Shown here piece after piece: positions 11,905-23,382 of a DNA stretch of 31,470 nucleotides. The first letter of the stretch is position 1, and each line of letters opens with the position of its first letter. The translations under genes were made by a program, and so were the position numbers. The notes below the pieces were generated by a model, which was not told the DNA's origin, made no database searches, and saw only the letters and a list, made by a program, of their open reading frames with translations. The stretch comes from Octopus sinensis. Taxonomy: Eukaryota. Where the stretch lies: positions 1 to 31,470 of the forward strand of contig NW_021832298.1 in the NCBI RefSeq assembly GCF_006345805.1, given 5' to 3'.

Positions 11905-12458
11905 GAGTGAGCGAGCAGAGCATGCCATCAAAGTGACACTGGGGTAAAATATACGAAGCCCAATATACCCATCATGACTACCCGTCTGATAAAGGTACAC
12001 CGGGCACATGCATCACAACCATATGTGCGCGACATGGTGATCTCATATCAAGATAAACAGCACATGACCTTGCAGGTGGGGCCCAGTTAGAATTTTCTTC
12101 AGGTTGAGTAGCCCATCCCGCTCAAACGGTCCCTGAATATGGGTTGTTTAAGGATGTTGAAAGAACCACCCATGTTTCCAGAGGTGAACTATTCAAACTC
12201 CAAAGAATCCCTCTCAACACATGGCTATGATGCTCTCCCACTACTTCTGCTTGTGATCAGAGATGCACATATCGTCAGCCACTAAGGGACATGCTCAACT
12301 GGTTAAAGTCAAACAACTGACAAGCAAATCTGTGGTATTGAGCAGAATATTTGCTGTAGCCCATCTTTTATACCAAGACAAAACAATGTACATGATAACA
12401 CTTCCAATCAGTTAAGATCAGAAGCCATGAGAGCCACTGCCTGGTACTGCATCAGGGC

Positions 12459-12462
<4 letters not shown>
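11905..12462. repeat. Unclassified ~558-bp complex element embedded in a (TAT)n array
   Basis: Non-coding complex sequence with sharp boundaries, flanked directly by (TAT)n at 11818-11904 and 12460-12533. Confidence 0.6.
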
Positions 12463-12533
<71 letters not shown>

Positions 12534-12949
12534 GTCTCTTCCTATGCCGTGAGGTTGGTAGAGTAATTCGGGATTTTTGCGTGGGATTTACTCCGAATTA
12601 CTCGGAGTGGACTGCCCCGCTATCGGGGACTCTGTATTATTTATTGATTATTTATTTCTCTAACTTCTATTTATGCATCCTTTATTACATCCTTTAATGT
12701 TGCTGTGTCTCCCTTTTCTTGATGTAAACCCCACCTGCTTTGTGTGTTGTATCTCGTCATTTGTTTGTGTCCTCTTGTGTTTACGTCTCCGAAACTTAGC
12801 AAAATCGTGCGATAAAATAAGTTCCAGACTTTAGAAAAATAAATACTGGAGTTGATTCATTCGACTAAAATAATCCAAGGGCGATGCCTCAGTATGGCCG
12901 CGATCTAATGACGGAAACAAGTAAAAGATTGGTTAATAATGATTTCAAT

Positions 12950-13141
12950 TTTTTTCCACAGGGGCAGCTTAGGGGAGAGAATTAAGTAGACCCCAGTGCG
13001 TAGCTGGTACGTATTTAATCGACTCCGAAGGGACGAAAGACAAAGTCGACCTCGGCGAAATTTGAACGCAAGACGTAATGACGGATGAAACACCGCTAAG
13101 CATTTCGCCCGGTGTGCTAACGATTCTGCCAGCTCGCCGCC
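12950..13141 (-). mobile_element. SINE family A
   Basis: Reverse complement of the A consensus, ending ...CTGCCAGCTCGCCGCC on +. Confidence 0.85.
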
Positions 13142-13392
13142 TTTGTAAACAGATTAGTTAATAGTGTTTTCTCTTACTGCATGGGTATCTTTAGTCCATA
13201 AATATTTCTGAACCCATGATGTTGATGATGTTAACTGTGGTTTCTGATTTTAGATGCCGTTCTGTACATAACTGGGTTCAATTCCTACTACAGATGACTT
13301 TATCTACTGTTTCTTCGAAAGCTAATGTACTTACTTTTTATCACTGAATTCCATCTGTAAATATAAGACTAAAAAAAAAGAGAAGTTGTTAC

Positions 13393-13714
13393 TGGTGACA
13401 TTGTGGATTGAACGCGGGACCTGCCACAGTGACAGAAATAAATGCTCGGCGGCGAGCTGGCAGAAACCTTAGCACGCCGGACAAAAAGCTAAGTGGTGGT
13501 ATTTCGTCTGCCGCTACGTTCTGAGTTCAAATTCCGCCGAGGTCGACTTTGCCTTTCATCCTTTCGAGGTCGATTAAATAAGTACCAGTTACGCACTGGG
13601 GTCGATGTAATCGACTTAATCCGTTCGTCTGTCCTTGTTTGTCCCCTTTATGTTTAGCCCCTTGTGAGCAGTAAAGAAATAAGAAATAAATGCTCAGTCA
13701 GGGAGCTACATCTC
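13393..13714 (-). pseudogene. Degenerate tRNA-Ala-like pseudogene split by a SINE-A insertion
   Basis: Removing 13448-13695 restores GAGATGTAGCTCCCTGACTGAGCATTTATTTCTGTCACTGTGGCAGGTCCCGCGTTCAATCCACAATGTCACCA, which aligns with the tRNA-Ala at 9721-9792 at both ends. The anticodon arm is destroyed. A T9 run follows downstream (A9 at 13371-13379 on +). Confidence 0.65.
13448..13681 (+). mobile_element. SINE family A with 14-bp target-site duplication
   Basis: AGAAATAAATGCTC occurs at 13434-13447 and 13682-13695, flanking a full-length copy. Confidence 0.92.
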
Positions 13715-14192
13715 AACACAACAAATACTAAACGCTTTCTCCTCGTATTTATTTTGTTAGTATCAATTTGTCATTGATGAGAAATCAAGATATTTGAAGA
13801 ATAAAACCAAAAAGGAAATTTTCTTGTGTTCTTTGAGACTCCTTTGTAAATATTCCGCATTTACAACGTTTTAGGAATTTTATTTGTTTTCCTTTCTCTC
13901 GTCCTTCTTGTGCTGTTTGGGAACAAGCTTTTGTTTTTCTTAACGTGGTTCCTGAAAATGATGTTTTAGCACCAATTTATTTACCCAGGCATTCCAAGAT
14001 TTCGAAATACCAGCCAAGTACCCGGGCCGGTTTAATCGGCTAACTTCCTCTCACCAAAATGTGTGGTCTTGACTCTTATATGGGAATCTGGCAAAAATGA
14101 GTAATCCTGCGACAGACCGGCGTCACGTCCCGTGGGTGAATATATACGCCACCGAATCCGGGAAACCGCTCTTATAAACCTATGATCTTTTA

Positions 14193-14850
14193 TTCTTTTC
14201 TACTCTATGCACAAGGCCCGAATTTTTGGAGGGGCCAGTCGATTAGATCGACTCCAGTATGCAACTGATACTTAATTTATCGACTCCAGTGAGCAGCTGG
14301 TACTTATTTAATCGACCCCGAAAGGATGAAAGACAAAGTCGACCTCGGCGGAATTTGAACTCAGAACATAGCGGCAGACGAAATGCCGCTAAGCATTTCG
14401 CCCGGCGTGCTAACGTTTCTGCCAGCTCGCCGCCTTCCTATGATCTTTTATTGACTGAAACAAGTAAAAGATTGGTTTATAATGTTTTTCTTCACTGCAT
14501 GATTATTTTTAGTCTATAAAGGCCTGAAAATTTAGGGAAGGGAGCGAGCCGATTACATCAGTTCCAGTGCTCAACTGGTACTTATTTTATCGACCTCGAA
14601 CGACTGAAATGCAAAGTCGACCTCGACGGAATTTGAACTCAGTGCATAAAGTCGGAAGGGAAACCACGAAGTATTTTCTCCAGCTTGCTAACGATTCCAC
14701 CAGCGCGCCGCCTTTATTGGCGCTTATATTGGTTTCAAATTTCGGCACTGGGACAGCAATTTCAGGGAGAATCGATTAGATCGACCCCAGTGTTCAAGTG
14801 GAACTTATTTTATCGACCCTGAAAGGATGAAAATCAAAGTCGACCTTGGC
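14193..14850 (-). mobile_element. Cluster of three SINE-A copies (~14193-14434, ~14506-14712, partial ~14730-14850)
   Basis: Repeated reverse-complement A bodies (AAAGTCGACCTCGGCGGAATTTGAACTC). Confidence 0.8.
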
Positions 14851-15054
14851 AATATTTTTATCATTTATCTTTTACTTGTTTCAATCATTAGATTGCGCCC
14901 ATGCTAGGGCATCGCCTTGAAGAATTTTATTCGAAGAGATCGACCCCAGTACATGTTTTTTTTTCTTTAAGCTTGGTACTTATTCTATCAGTCTTTTTTG
15001 CCGAACTACTAAGTCACGTGGAACCAAAACACCAACAGCAGTTGTCAAGAGAGC

Positions 15055-15190
15055 ATGAAAACGAAGTTTTGTACGTCCACGAGGCCTCCTTCCAGTCTCC
15101 ATCTCGCTGAAGTGTACCATTTTTGGGAGCCATGTGATTCGGATGCCGGGTAAACGGCTCCCAAAGATGGTCCTCTTCAACGTGGGGTTA
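15055..15190 (+). mobile_element. RTE-like LINE fragment
   Basis: ...SLKCTIFGSHVIRMPGKRLPKMVLF... matches the LRW-x-GHV-x-RM-x-x-x-RLPK-x-VL-F/Y motif downstream of RTE reverse transcriptases; NEVL lies upstream in another frame. Confidence 0.6.
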
Positions 15191-15677
15191 AATATGTATA
15201 TTGTAATCTACATTGATTGTCTCCTTGTCTCCTCTCCTTCTTCGTCGCTATATATATACAGTGTGTGTAAGTGTGTGTATATGTGTGTGTGAGTACATAC
15301 TATATATATATATATTACACGTCCTCGTAACTTAGCGTTTCGGTAAAGGATACCGATAGAATAAGTACTAGGCTTGCAAAAAATAAGTCCTGGGGTCTAT
15401 TTGTTCGACTAAAGGCGGTACTCCAGCATGGCCGCAGTCAAACGAAACAAGTAAAAGAGTAAAAGAGTATCTATCTACCCATCCATATATACATAAATAG
15501 ATACAAGCATTCAGACACACACACACACACACACACACATACATATATATATAAATTATTGAAAACACATACTCAGAGCGCCCTAGAGTAGGACCGAACC
15601 CGACCTGTAAAGTTGCGAAACGAATTTCGCGTTAAACAGCCCTGTCTTGCTTCACATGTACTCTACAAGCATAATCT

Positions 15678-16198
15678 GGTACTCCGTCGGTTACGACGAC
15701 GAGTGTTCCAGTTGATATATCCAATCAACAGAACAGCCTGCTCGTAAAATTAACATGCAAGTGGTTGAGCACTCCACAGACACGTGTACCCTCAATTAAA
15801 TTAAGTACCAGTTACGTACTGGGGTCGATGTAATCGACTTAATCCGTTTGACTGTCCTTGTTTGTCCCCTCTGTGTTTAGCCCCTTGTGGGTAGTAAAGA
15901 AATGGATATTTCGTCTGCCGTTACGTTCTGAGTTCAAATTCCGCCGAGGTCGACTTTGCCTTTCATCCTTTCGGGGTCGATAAATTAAGTACCAACGTAG
16001 TTCCCAGAGAAATTCAGCGTGGCACAGAATGTGACACGTCTGGCCACTTTGAAATTGCAGGTACAACTCATTTTCGTCGACTGAGTAGACTGGAGCAACA
16101 TGAAATGAAGTGTCTTGCTCAAGGATAAAGCAAGCCGCAAGGAATCGATCTTATGACCGTAAGCCAGATGCTCTAACCACTACGCCACGCACCTCCAC
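15678..16198 (-). mobile_element. SINE family C (tRNA-derived) interrupted by a SINE-A segment at ~15793-15994
   Basis: tRNA-like head on minus (GTGGAGGTGCGTGGCGTAGTGGTTAGAGC, ~16198-16140), body to 15994 and tail 15792-15678. The two halves (GTGTACCCT | AACGTAGTT) join after the insert is removed; the continuity is from my recall of the family consensus. Confidence 0.75.
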
Positions 16199-16777
16199 AA
16201 ACTTCTCAACGGCGGGGTGAAGCTCCACATAGAAATAATTAGAGGAATACACAGTTTCAACCTGGTTTTTAAGTGGACTACAGTTAAATAGCTTCCTTAT
16301 GTTACGGCTCCCTTCTTCTTTCACACGGAATTGTTTCCTTCTGTTCAGCATTTTCTGGGATCTAAATTGTAAAGGGAGTTGCTTCTCATAATAGACATTG
16401 CTTTCATTTTTGTTGCCCCGATAATAATGCGTGCGTTAAGTGAGTTTGTGTGGGTGTGAGTGTGTATGTGTGTGTGTGTGCGCGTGCGCATATATATATA
16501 TGTGGGTGTATATATACATTTATATATGTATGTATATATGTATATATACATATATAAATCTCTGTGTGTATATGTATATATATATATATGTGTGTGTATG
16601 TATTTATATATATATGTATTTGTATATGTGTATATATGTGTGTGCGTGCATTTGTATATAGAAAGATTGATTGATAGATAGATAGATAGATAGATGATAG
16701 ATAGGTACGTACTACCTACGTGTATGAATATATAGAGGTATATTTACATATATATATATATATATTATATATATATA

Positions 16778-16826
<49 letters not shown>

Positions 16827-17043
16827 ACACACACACACACATATATATATACATACAATATATGTGTGAGTGTACGCATATGTGTTTATACATACCTATG
16901 ATATACATAACATATAATATATATAATGCATATTTAAATATACTTAATATATATAGAGAGAGAGGGGGAGAGAGAAAGAGAGAGAGGGAGATAGAGACTT
17001 ACATACATACATAATATATAGATACATGTATCTATACATATAT

Positions 17044-17087
<44 letters not shown>

Positions 17088-17244
17088 AATGTGTGTGTGT
17101 GTGTGTGTGTGTGTGTCCGGTGAGCCTAGGAGAGGTCCCTTTATACACTCAACGAAGCTGTTCTCCTTCCTTAAAAAGGAAAACAAACTTCACAACACTT
17201 TCAAATTTAAAATCAATCTTGTTCCATTTCGCAAAATTTCTATT

Positions 17245-17526
17245 GGAGGAACTGTGGTCTAATGGTCACGGTTTTGCGCTCACGATCGCTAGATCAGGGG
17301 TTCGATTCTTAGACCGAGTAATGCGTTGTGTTCTTGAGCAAAACATTTTATTTGACGTTCCCCAGTAAACCCAGCTGTAAAGGGGTAACCCTTTGACGGA
17401 TTAGCCTTCCGACCAGGACCAATGTTGGCCTGCTCGCCTAGCCAGTGGGATTGCATCAGTCGAAAGGGAAGACAAAGCACATTGTGACCAGCGATGTATA
17501 ACACTCTCTGATAGTCTGGTCAATCA
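17245..17526 (+). mobile_element. tRNA-derived SINE with V-domain-like central region; related fragments at ~4324-4417 (-) and ~14088-14180 (+)
   Basis: A-box-like TGGTCTAATGG and B-box-like GGTTCGATTC. The central GGTAACCCTTTGACGGATTAGCCTTCCGACCAGG resembles CCTGCGATGGACTGGCGTCCCGTCCAGGG of V-SINEs (recall). Confidence 0.5.
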
Positions 17527-17528
17527 TA

Positions 17529-17586
<58 letters not shown>

Positions 17587-17699
17587 GTATGCATATATGT
17601 AAGCATGCATGTGTGTATGCATGTATGTATGTACGTATGTATATATGTATGTATGCCTGTATGTATATCTGCATGCATGTATGTATGCATGAATGTATG

Positions 17700-17731
<32 letters not shown>

Positions 17732-17734
17732 CAA

Positions 17735-17960
17735 GATGTTTAGTCCAACGTAAACAGTGCTTGTGCACCATCAGTTCACTGGTTCCCTTCAAGACCTCTG
17801 TGTCTGGAGACCACAAGGACCAACCAACATTCAGAATGTGTCTCACACATCTCTAAATGAAAACGTTCAAAGTCCCTTTTATAACATCTGTAAAGGACCC
17901 ATGTCTCATAAATAAAGGAACACCCGCAGCAGATACCAAGACTGGCGTTTAAGGATTGTA
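17735..17960 (-). mobile_element. RTE-clade non-LTR retrotransposon fragment (RT C-terminal region, frameshifted)
   Basis: Across two frames: YETWVLYRCYKRDFERFHL... / RHILNVGWSLWSPDTEVLKGTSELMVHKHCLRWTKHLV. This resembles the RTE pattern YGCETW-x-LERFH-x-LR-x-IL-x-x-x-W-x-DTEVL...LRW-x-GH (from recall). Confidence 0.7.
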
Positions 17961-18016
17961 TAAGGTCCTCGTTGAGAGCATGTGAGATATAGGTCATGTC
18001 AGATATAGAAGGTCAA

Positions 18017-18425
18017 GGCGGAAAGTTGGCAGAATTGTTAGCACGTCGGGCTTAGCGGTATTTCGTCTGCCGTTACGTTCTGCATTCAAATTCCGCCGAG
18101 GTCGACTTTGCCTTTCATCCTTTCGGGGTCGATAAATTAAGTACCAGTTACGCACTGGGGTCGATATAATCGACTTAATCTGTTTGTCTGTCCTTGTTTG
18201 TCCCCTCTATGTACAGCCTCTTGTGGTTAGTAAAGAAATAGGTATTTCGTCTGCCGTTACATTCCGAGTTCAAGTTCCGCCGAGGTCGACTTTGCCTTTC
18301 ATCCTTTCGGGGTCGATTAAATAAGTACCAGTTACGCATGGGGTCGATATAATCAACTTAGTCCGTTTGTCTGTCCTTGTTTGTCTCCTTTATGTTTAGC
18401 ACGTTGTGGGCAATAAAAAAATAAG
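18017..18425 (+). mobile_element. SINE family A, dimeric copy
   Basis: Body repeated at a 184-bp period with junction AAAGAAATAGGTATTTCGTC. Confidence 0.85.
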
Positions 18426-18695
18426 AAAGTCAATTGAAAAATGAAGGAATGGATATGTTTGAAGAAATACGCATTTTCCATAAGCGAGCTGCTCCTAAAC
18501 GCACCACCAGTGTTGTAAATACAGGACGTTTCGTCTGCAATCAAGGGCTGGGTTAATTAATCACCAGTGTAGCCACGAGTGTATAGCATAATTTGGTCTG
18601 GGTACACGATGTTTTTAATGGTCAGTGATGGTCTTCCTCGATCATGAGTGGACAGCCATTATGCATGTATAAGAATATTTTTTATAAGTGTACAA

Positions 18696-19156
18696 GTGTG
18701 GTTGTGTGGTAAAAAGCTTGCTTCCCAACAACATCGTTCCTCTGGCCGACCAAAGCCTTGTGAGTGGATTTGGTAGACGGAAACTGAAAGAAGCCCGTCA
18801 TATATATGTGTATGTGTGTGTATCTGTCTATCTGTTTGTCTGTCTGTGTCTGTGAGTCTGTGTGTGTGTGCGTGTGTATCTATATGTTTGTCTGTCTGTG
18901 TCTGTGTCTGTGAGTCTGTGTGTGAGCCTGTGTGTCTGTGTATGTGTCTCTTTGTGTATGTCCCCACCGTCGCTTGACAACCGGTTTTAGTGTGTTTACG
19001 TCCCCGTAACTTAACGATCTAGCGAAATAGATCGATAGAATAAGTACCAGGCTTTAAATAATAAGTACCGGTGTCGATTCATTCGACTAAAATTGTTCAA
19101 GACGGTGCCCCAGCGTGGCCGCAGTCAAATGACTGAAACAAGTAAAAGGTAAAAGA
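18696..19156 (+). mobile_element. SINE family B (head partly deleted)
   Basis: GTGTGGTAA...GAAGCCCGTC, microsatellite, CGCTTGACAACCG ... GAAACAAGTAAAAG. Confidence 0.82.
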
Positions 19157-19230
19157 TAAAATGTGTGTGTGCATGAGTGTGTGTGTATGTGTATGTGTGT
19201 GTGTGCATGAGTGAGTGTGTGTGTATGCGC

Positions 19231-19281
<51 letters not shown>

Positions 19282-19594
19282 TGTGTGTGTGTTCTCTCCT
19301 CTTTGTAGTTATTTGAAGCTTTTCCCCTGAGGAAGAACCTGATTTCCAAAAAAGACACAAAACTCCGTCGTTGGAATATAGATAACAATGTCAAATTTAC
19401 ATTTGAACTTGAGAAAAGTTTTGCAGATTTGTACTGTTCCACTTACAGATTGTATTTGAAATACATGAATTAGGCGGTCGATTTCTTTTTTCTGAAAGCC
19501 ATGACTTATCCATATACTTATATAAGGTAAAACATAACAAAAATTACGTCATTGATTTCCTAAGAATTATTTTTTTATTGCCTCTTTGTTGCAG

Positions 19595-19759
19595 AACCCG
19601 AAACCTCCGAAGAGATGGGGTAAGAAAGTCCTACACGCCTTGGAACTGGCACCTGCTTGTTTGCAGTCAACCCTGGGTATGAGTTATATACAATTCCATA
19701 TGCCGTCGTTCAACAAGTCCAGCGAGGATTGTCTTTACCTCAATATATACAAACCAAGA
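19595..19759 (+). CDS. Internal coding exon (55 aa, phase 0-0) of a type-B carboxylesterase / cholinesterase-like / neuroligin-family gene
   Basis: Polypyrimidine tract and acceptor ...ttttattgcctctttgttgcag| precede the exon; a consensus donor |GTAAGT starts at 19760. Translation NPKPPKRWGKKVLHALELAPACLQSTLGMSYIQFHMPSFNKSSEDCLYLNIYKPR has the P-x-P-x-x-W motif, P-x-C-x-Q and SEDCLYLNIYKP (carboxylesterase type-B signature 2 pattern). No other exon of the gene was recognised in the window. Confidence 0.93.
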
Positions 19760-20920
19760 GTAAGTCGTGCTTTCTTATACTTCAGATTAACCCTGTTGCT
19801 TTCAAAACAGATTAACGAAATTGCCGTTTCACAATATCGAGCCTCTTGTGTATTTGTGTATGCCTTCATGTTTGATATTCATTTATTTCTGCAAGAAGAG
19901 AGTGAGATAGATACCTAAGGAGTTAATTCTTTCAATTCATATAATGTCAATGATTAATATAAAGTCAATGACAGAACGATAAAGTCAATGACGGCTGTTG
20001 TCAAGAAATTCGCTTCCCAATCGTTTTGTTTCCGTTTCAGTCCCACTGCGTGGTACCTTAGTTAAATGTCTTCTACAATATCCTCGAGCTGATCAAATCC
20101 TTGTGAGTGGATTTGCTTGAGGAAACTCAAAGAATCCCTTCGTATGTGTTTCTACGTTCGTGCATGTGTGTGTGTGTATGTGTATCATTCGTTTCCAGTC
20201 TTCTGTGAAAACGTGTGGCCAAGGGAAATTTTACCTTATTTACAAACAAGTGTGGGTTGGCTACAGGAAGGTCATCTGAATACGGAAAATCTGGCTAAAC
20301 GGATTTTTTTTACTGAATGCCAGCATGGAAAAGTAGACATTAAAACAATGATGATGAGAATGATATAATTCTTTTACATGTAGAAGTTCTGTGTGTGTGT
20401 ACGCGCGCGTATGTGTATGTGTGTGTGCCTGTGTCTGTCTGTCTGTGTATAAAACTCGTGATTTTATAAATAAAAAGAGGATCAATTTAAACGGATAAAA
20501 CCCACTTATGACATGAGAACAGCGAGACTAAATACGCAGACATGAGATACGATATATCTACTTATCTTTTATTGTTTTTCGAATAGATAATAAGCAAAGA
20601 TCCTGAGGGTCTATGAAGGACTGGCTGTAGACCCGAGGGCCAAACCGTTATAGTCAAAATGTAAAAAGACAAATCAGATACCGTAGGATATCTCGTCTGA
20701 TGCTCTAAAAGTTCCACCAATTCGCCACTCTAGATTGGTCCTTTTTCATCATCCTCGAAAAGGATTAATGACTGAGTTAACTTCGACAGGATTTGAACTC
20801 GGAGCGCAGAGAATCATAACAACAAAATGCGAGACATTCTATCCGATACTCTTACGACACAGCCAATTCGCCGCCATAGCGGAAGTAAATAAACCTTTCG
20901 CACTATTATTACTGGTTCAG

Positions 20921-21316
20921 TTACTCTTTTACTCTTTTACTTGTTTCAGTCATTTGACTGCGGCCATGCTGGAGCACTGCCTTTAGTCGAGCAAATCGAC
21001 CCCGGGACTTATTCTTTGTAAGCCCAGTACTTATTCTATCGGTCTCTTTTGCCGAACCGCTAAGTGACGGGGACGTAAACACACCAGCATCGGTTGTCAA
21101 GCAATGCTAGGGGTACAAACACAGACACACAAACACACACACACATACATATATATACATATATACGACAGGCTTCTTTCAGTTTCCGTCTACCAAATCC
21201 ACTCACAAGGCATTGGTCGGCCCGGGGCTATAGCAGAAGACACTTGCCCAAGATGCCACGCAGTGGAGTCTGAGCCTGGAACCATGTGGTTGGTTAGCAA
21301 GCTACTTACCACACAG
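20921..21316 (-). mobile_element. SINE family B, near full-length
   Basis: Reverse complement of the B consensus with an internal (CA)/(TA) tract. Confidence 0.88.
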
Positions 21317-22310
21317 TTTAAATATATTAATCACGACCTGTACAAGATGGAATGTTGTTCGTGTGTGTGTTTTCTACTTACTCAACAGACAAGGCAACGT
21401 ATTTTCCAAGTATTAACCTCTAATGATAAAATTCACCCTGAAAGATTCTGCGTCGCTGTAATTTAGAAAACTGAACGAACATGTTGGATTAAAAACAGAG
21501 ATTATGATTCGGTTATAAAGGCACGAACATCAATTTATAATTTACGTCAGTGAGTTTAGAGTTTACGACTTAAACCCTGTCAAAGTCGACCTTTTTTTTG
21601 TCTTTTTCAGCTCTTCTGAATTAATAAGATAAGTAAATACTGTAAATCCTCGTGGATTTTTTTTTTATATAGAAGTCAGAAACTGAAATGTATTTGGCGT
21701 GTTCAGATTTATCTAGGTCAGTGAAGCATAGTCAGTTTTCGATCAGAACTACTTAACCCTGCCTGCACTGTCTGTGAAACACACATGGCGTCCACGCATC
21801 ATATATGATAGCCTTTCCCAATTCTTTCAACCACCGGAGTAACTTGTGACTTGTGAAAGGAAAGCTTTATATTGCTCAAAACATATGAAACAATGGTAAG
21901 TAAAAGTCTGGAAATAAAAACGTCTACGGTTAGGAGAAACTTAGGAAAATGCTTTGGACAAGCAAAAAGTTGAAATCGCTGGTCAAAAAGACCTGACGTA
22001 CCAGCTCATTAAATATTCTTGGCTGGCGATTTTCAGCATTTCTTCGTCGAGAAGCAGAAATAAAAATAATTTTAGCTTTAATTAAATTAGAAATTTAAAA
22101 TTCGGAGATAAAAATCAATATAAGCTATAGTCATTTATTATTTAATTGTAAAATAAGGTATCAAAACAAATCTATTTATTATTTTGCTAAAAAAAATAAG
22201 AAACTTTAAAATTTAAATACATTTTTAAAATTGAATTAGATTATTAGTAATCAGAATATTTTTAATGATTTCTAACTTTGTAATTTTACTTAAAGAGTTT
22301 AAATGCAATT

Positions 22311-22522
22311 AATTTCAAATTTCGGCACAAGGCCAGCAAGATCGTTGGAGGGATAAGACGATTACATCGACCCCAGTACTAGACTGGTACTTATTCTATT
22401 AACTTCGAAAGAATGACCGACAAAGTCGATCTTAGCGGAATTTGAACTCAGAACGTAAGGACGGACTAAATGCCGCTAAGCATTTTTCCCGGCGTGCTAA
22501 AGATTTTGCCAGCTCACCATCC
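22311..22522 (-). mobile_element. SINE family A
   Basis: Reverse-complement A body and head. Confidence 0.8.
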
Positions 22523-22927
22523 TTTATATATAAAATGAATATCAATTTATATTGTGATTTGAAATAGTTCTGGAGGTTGGAGAGCAGAGCTAGAATTTAA
22601 GTTTTATTTTAATTAAATCTGTAATTTCAAATAACGAATTAAGTTAACGAATTAAGTTAACAAATGGTTAGAATTTATTTCAAGATTTGTAATTTTGTAA
22701 TATTTTCTTACAGAGTTTATATATAACTGCTTATGATCTTGAATAGCTCTGGATAAAATCTAAGTTCAGTTTTAATTAAATCTGTAATTTAAAATAGAGT
22801 TCGAAGAAAAAAAATCAATATAAGCTAAAATTTATTATTCGACTGCAAAATAATCAAAGTCTATTTTATTTTTAAAAAACTTTAAAATTGAATGAAGTGA
22901 TTAGAATATTTTTCAAGATTAGTATAT

Positions 22928-23382
22928 ACTCTTTTACTCTTTTTTACTCTTTTACTTGTTTCAGTCATTTGACTGCGGCCATGCTGGAGCACCGCCTTTA
23001 ATCGAGCAAATCGACCCCGGGACTTATTCTTTTGTAAGCCCAGTACTTATTCTATCGGTCTCTTTTGCCGAACCGCTAAGTAACGGGGACATAAACACAA
23101 CAGCATCGGTTGTCAAGCAATGCCAGGGGACAAACACAGACACACACACACAACACACACATACACACACACACACGCATATATATATATATATATATAC
23201 ATATATACATACATATATACGACGGGCTTCTTTCAGTTTCCGTCTACCAAATCCACTCACAAGGCTTTGGTCGGCCCGAGGCTATAGTAGAAGACACTTG
23301 CCCAAGGTGCCGCGCAGTGGGACTGAACCCGGAACCATGTAGTTGGTAAACAAGCTACTTACCACACAGCCACTCCTGCGCC
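22928..23382 (-). mobile_element. SINE family B, full-length (tRNA-derived head, internal microsatellite, AAAAGAGT-repeat tail)
   Basis: Head GGCGCAGGAGTGGCTGTGTGGTAAG with B box GGTTCAGTCCC and CCTTGGGCAAGT (CORE-like); internal (TA)n/(CA)n; tail (TAAAAGAG)n; possible short TSD TATAT. Confidence 0.9.

Noticed and set aside
21389-21457. AG/GT-bounded 69-nt in-frame candidate exon (TRQRIFQVLTSNDKIHPERFCVA)
   Set aside because: No similarity to the expected next esterase segment (PVMVWIHGG); weak donor.
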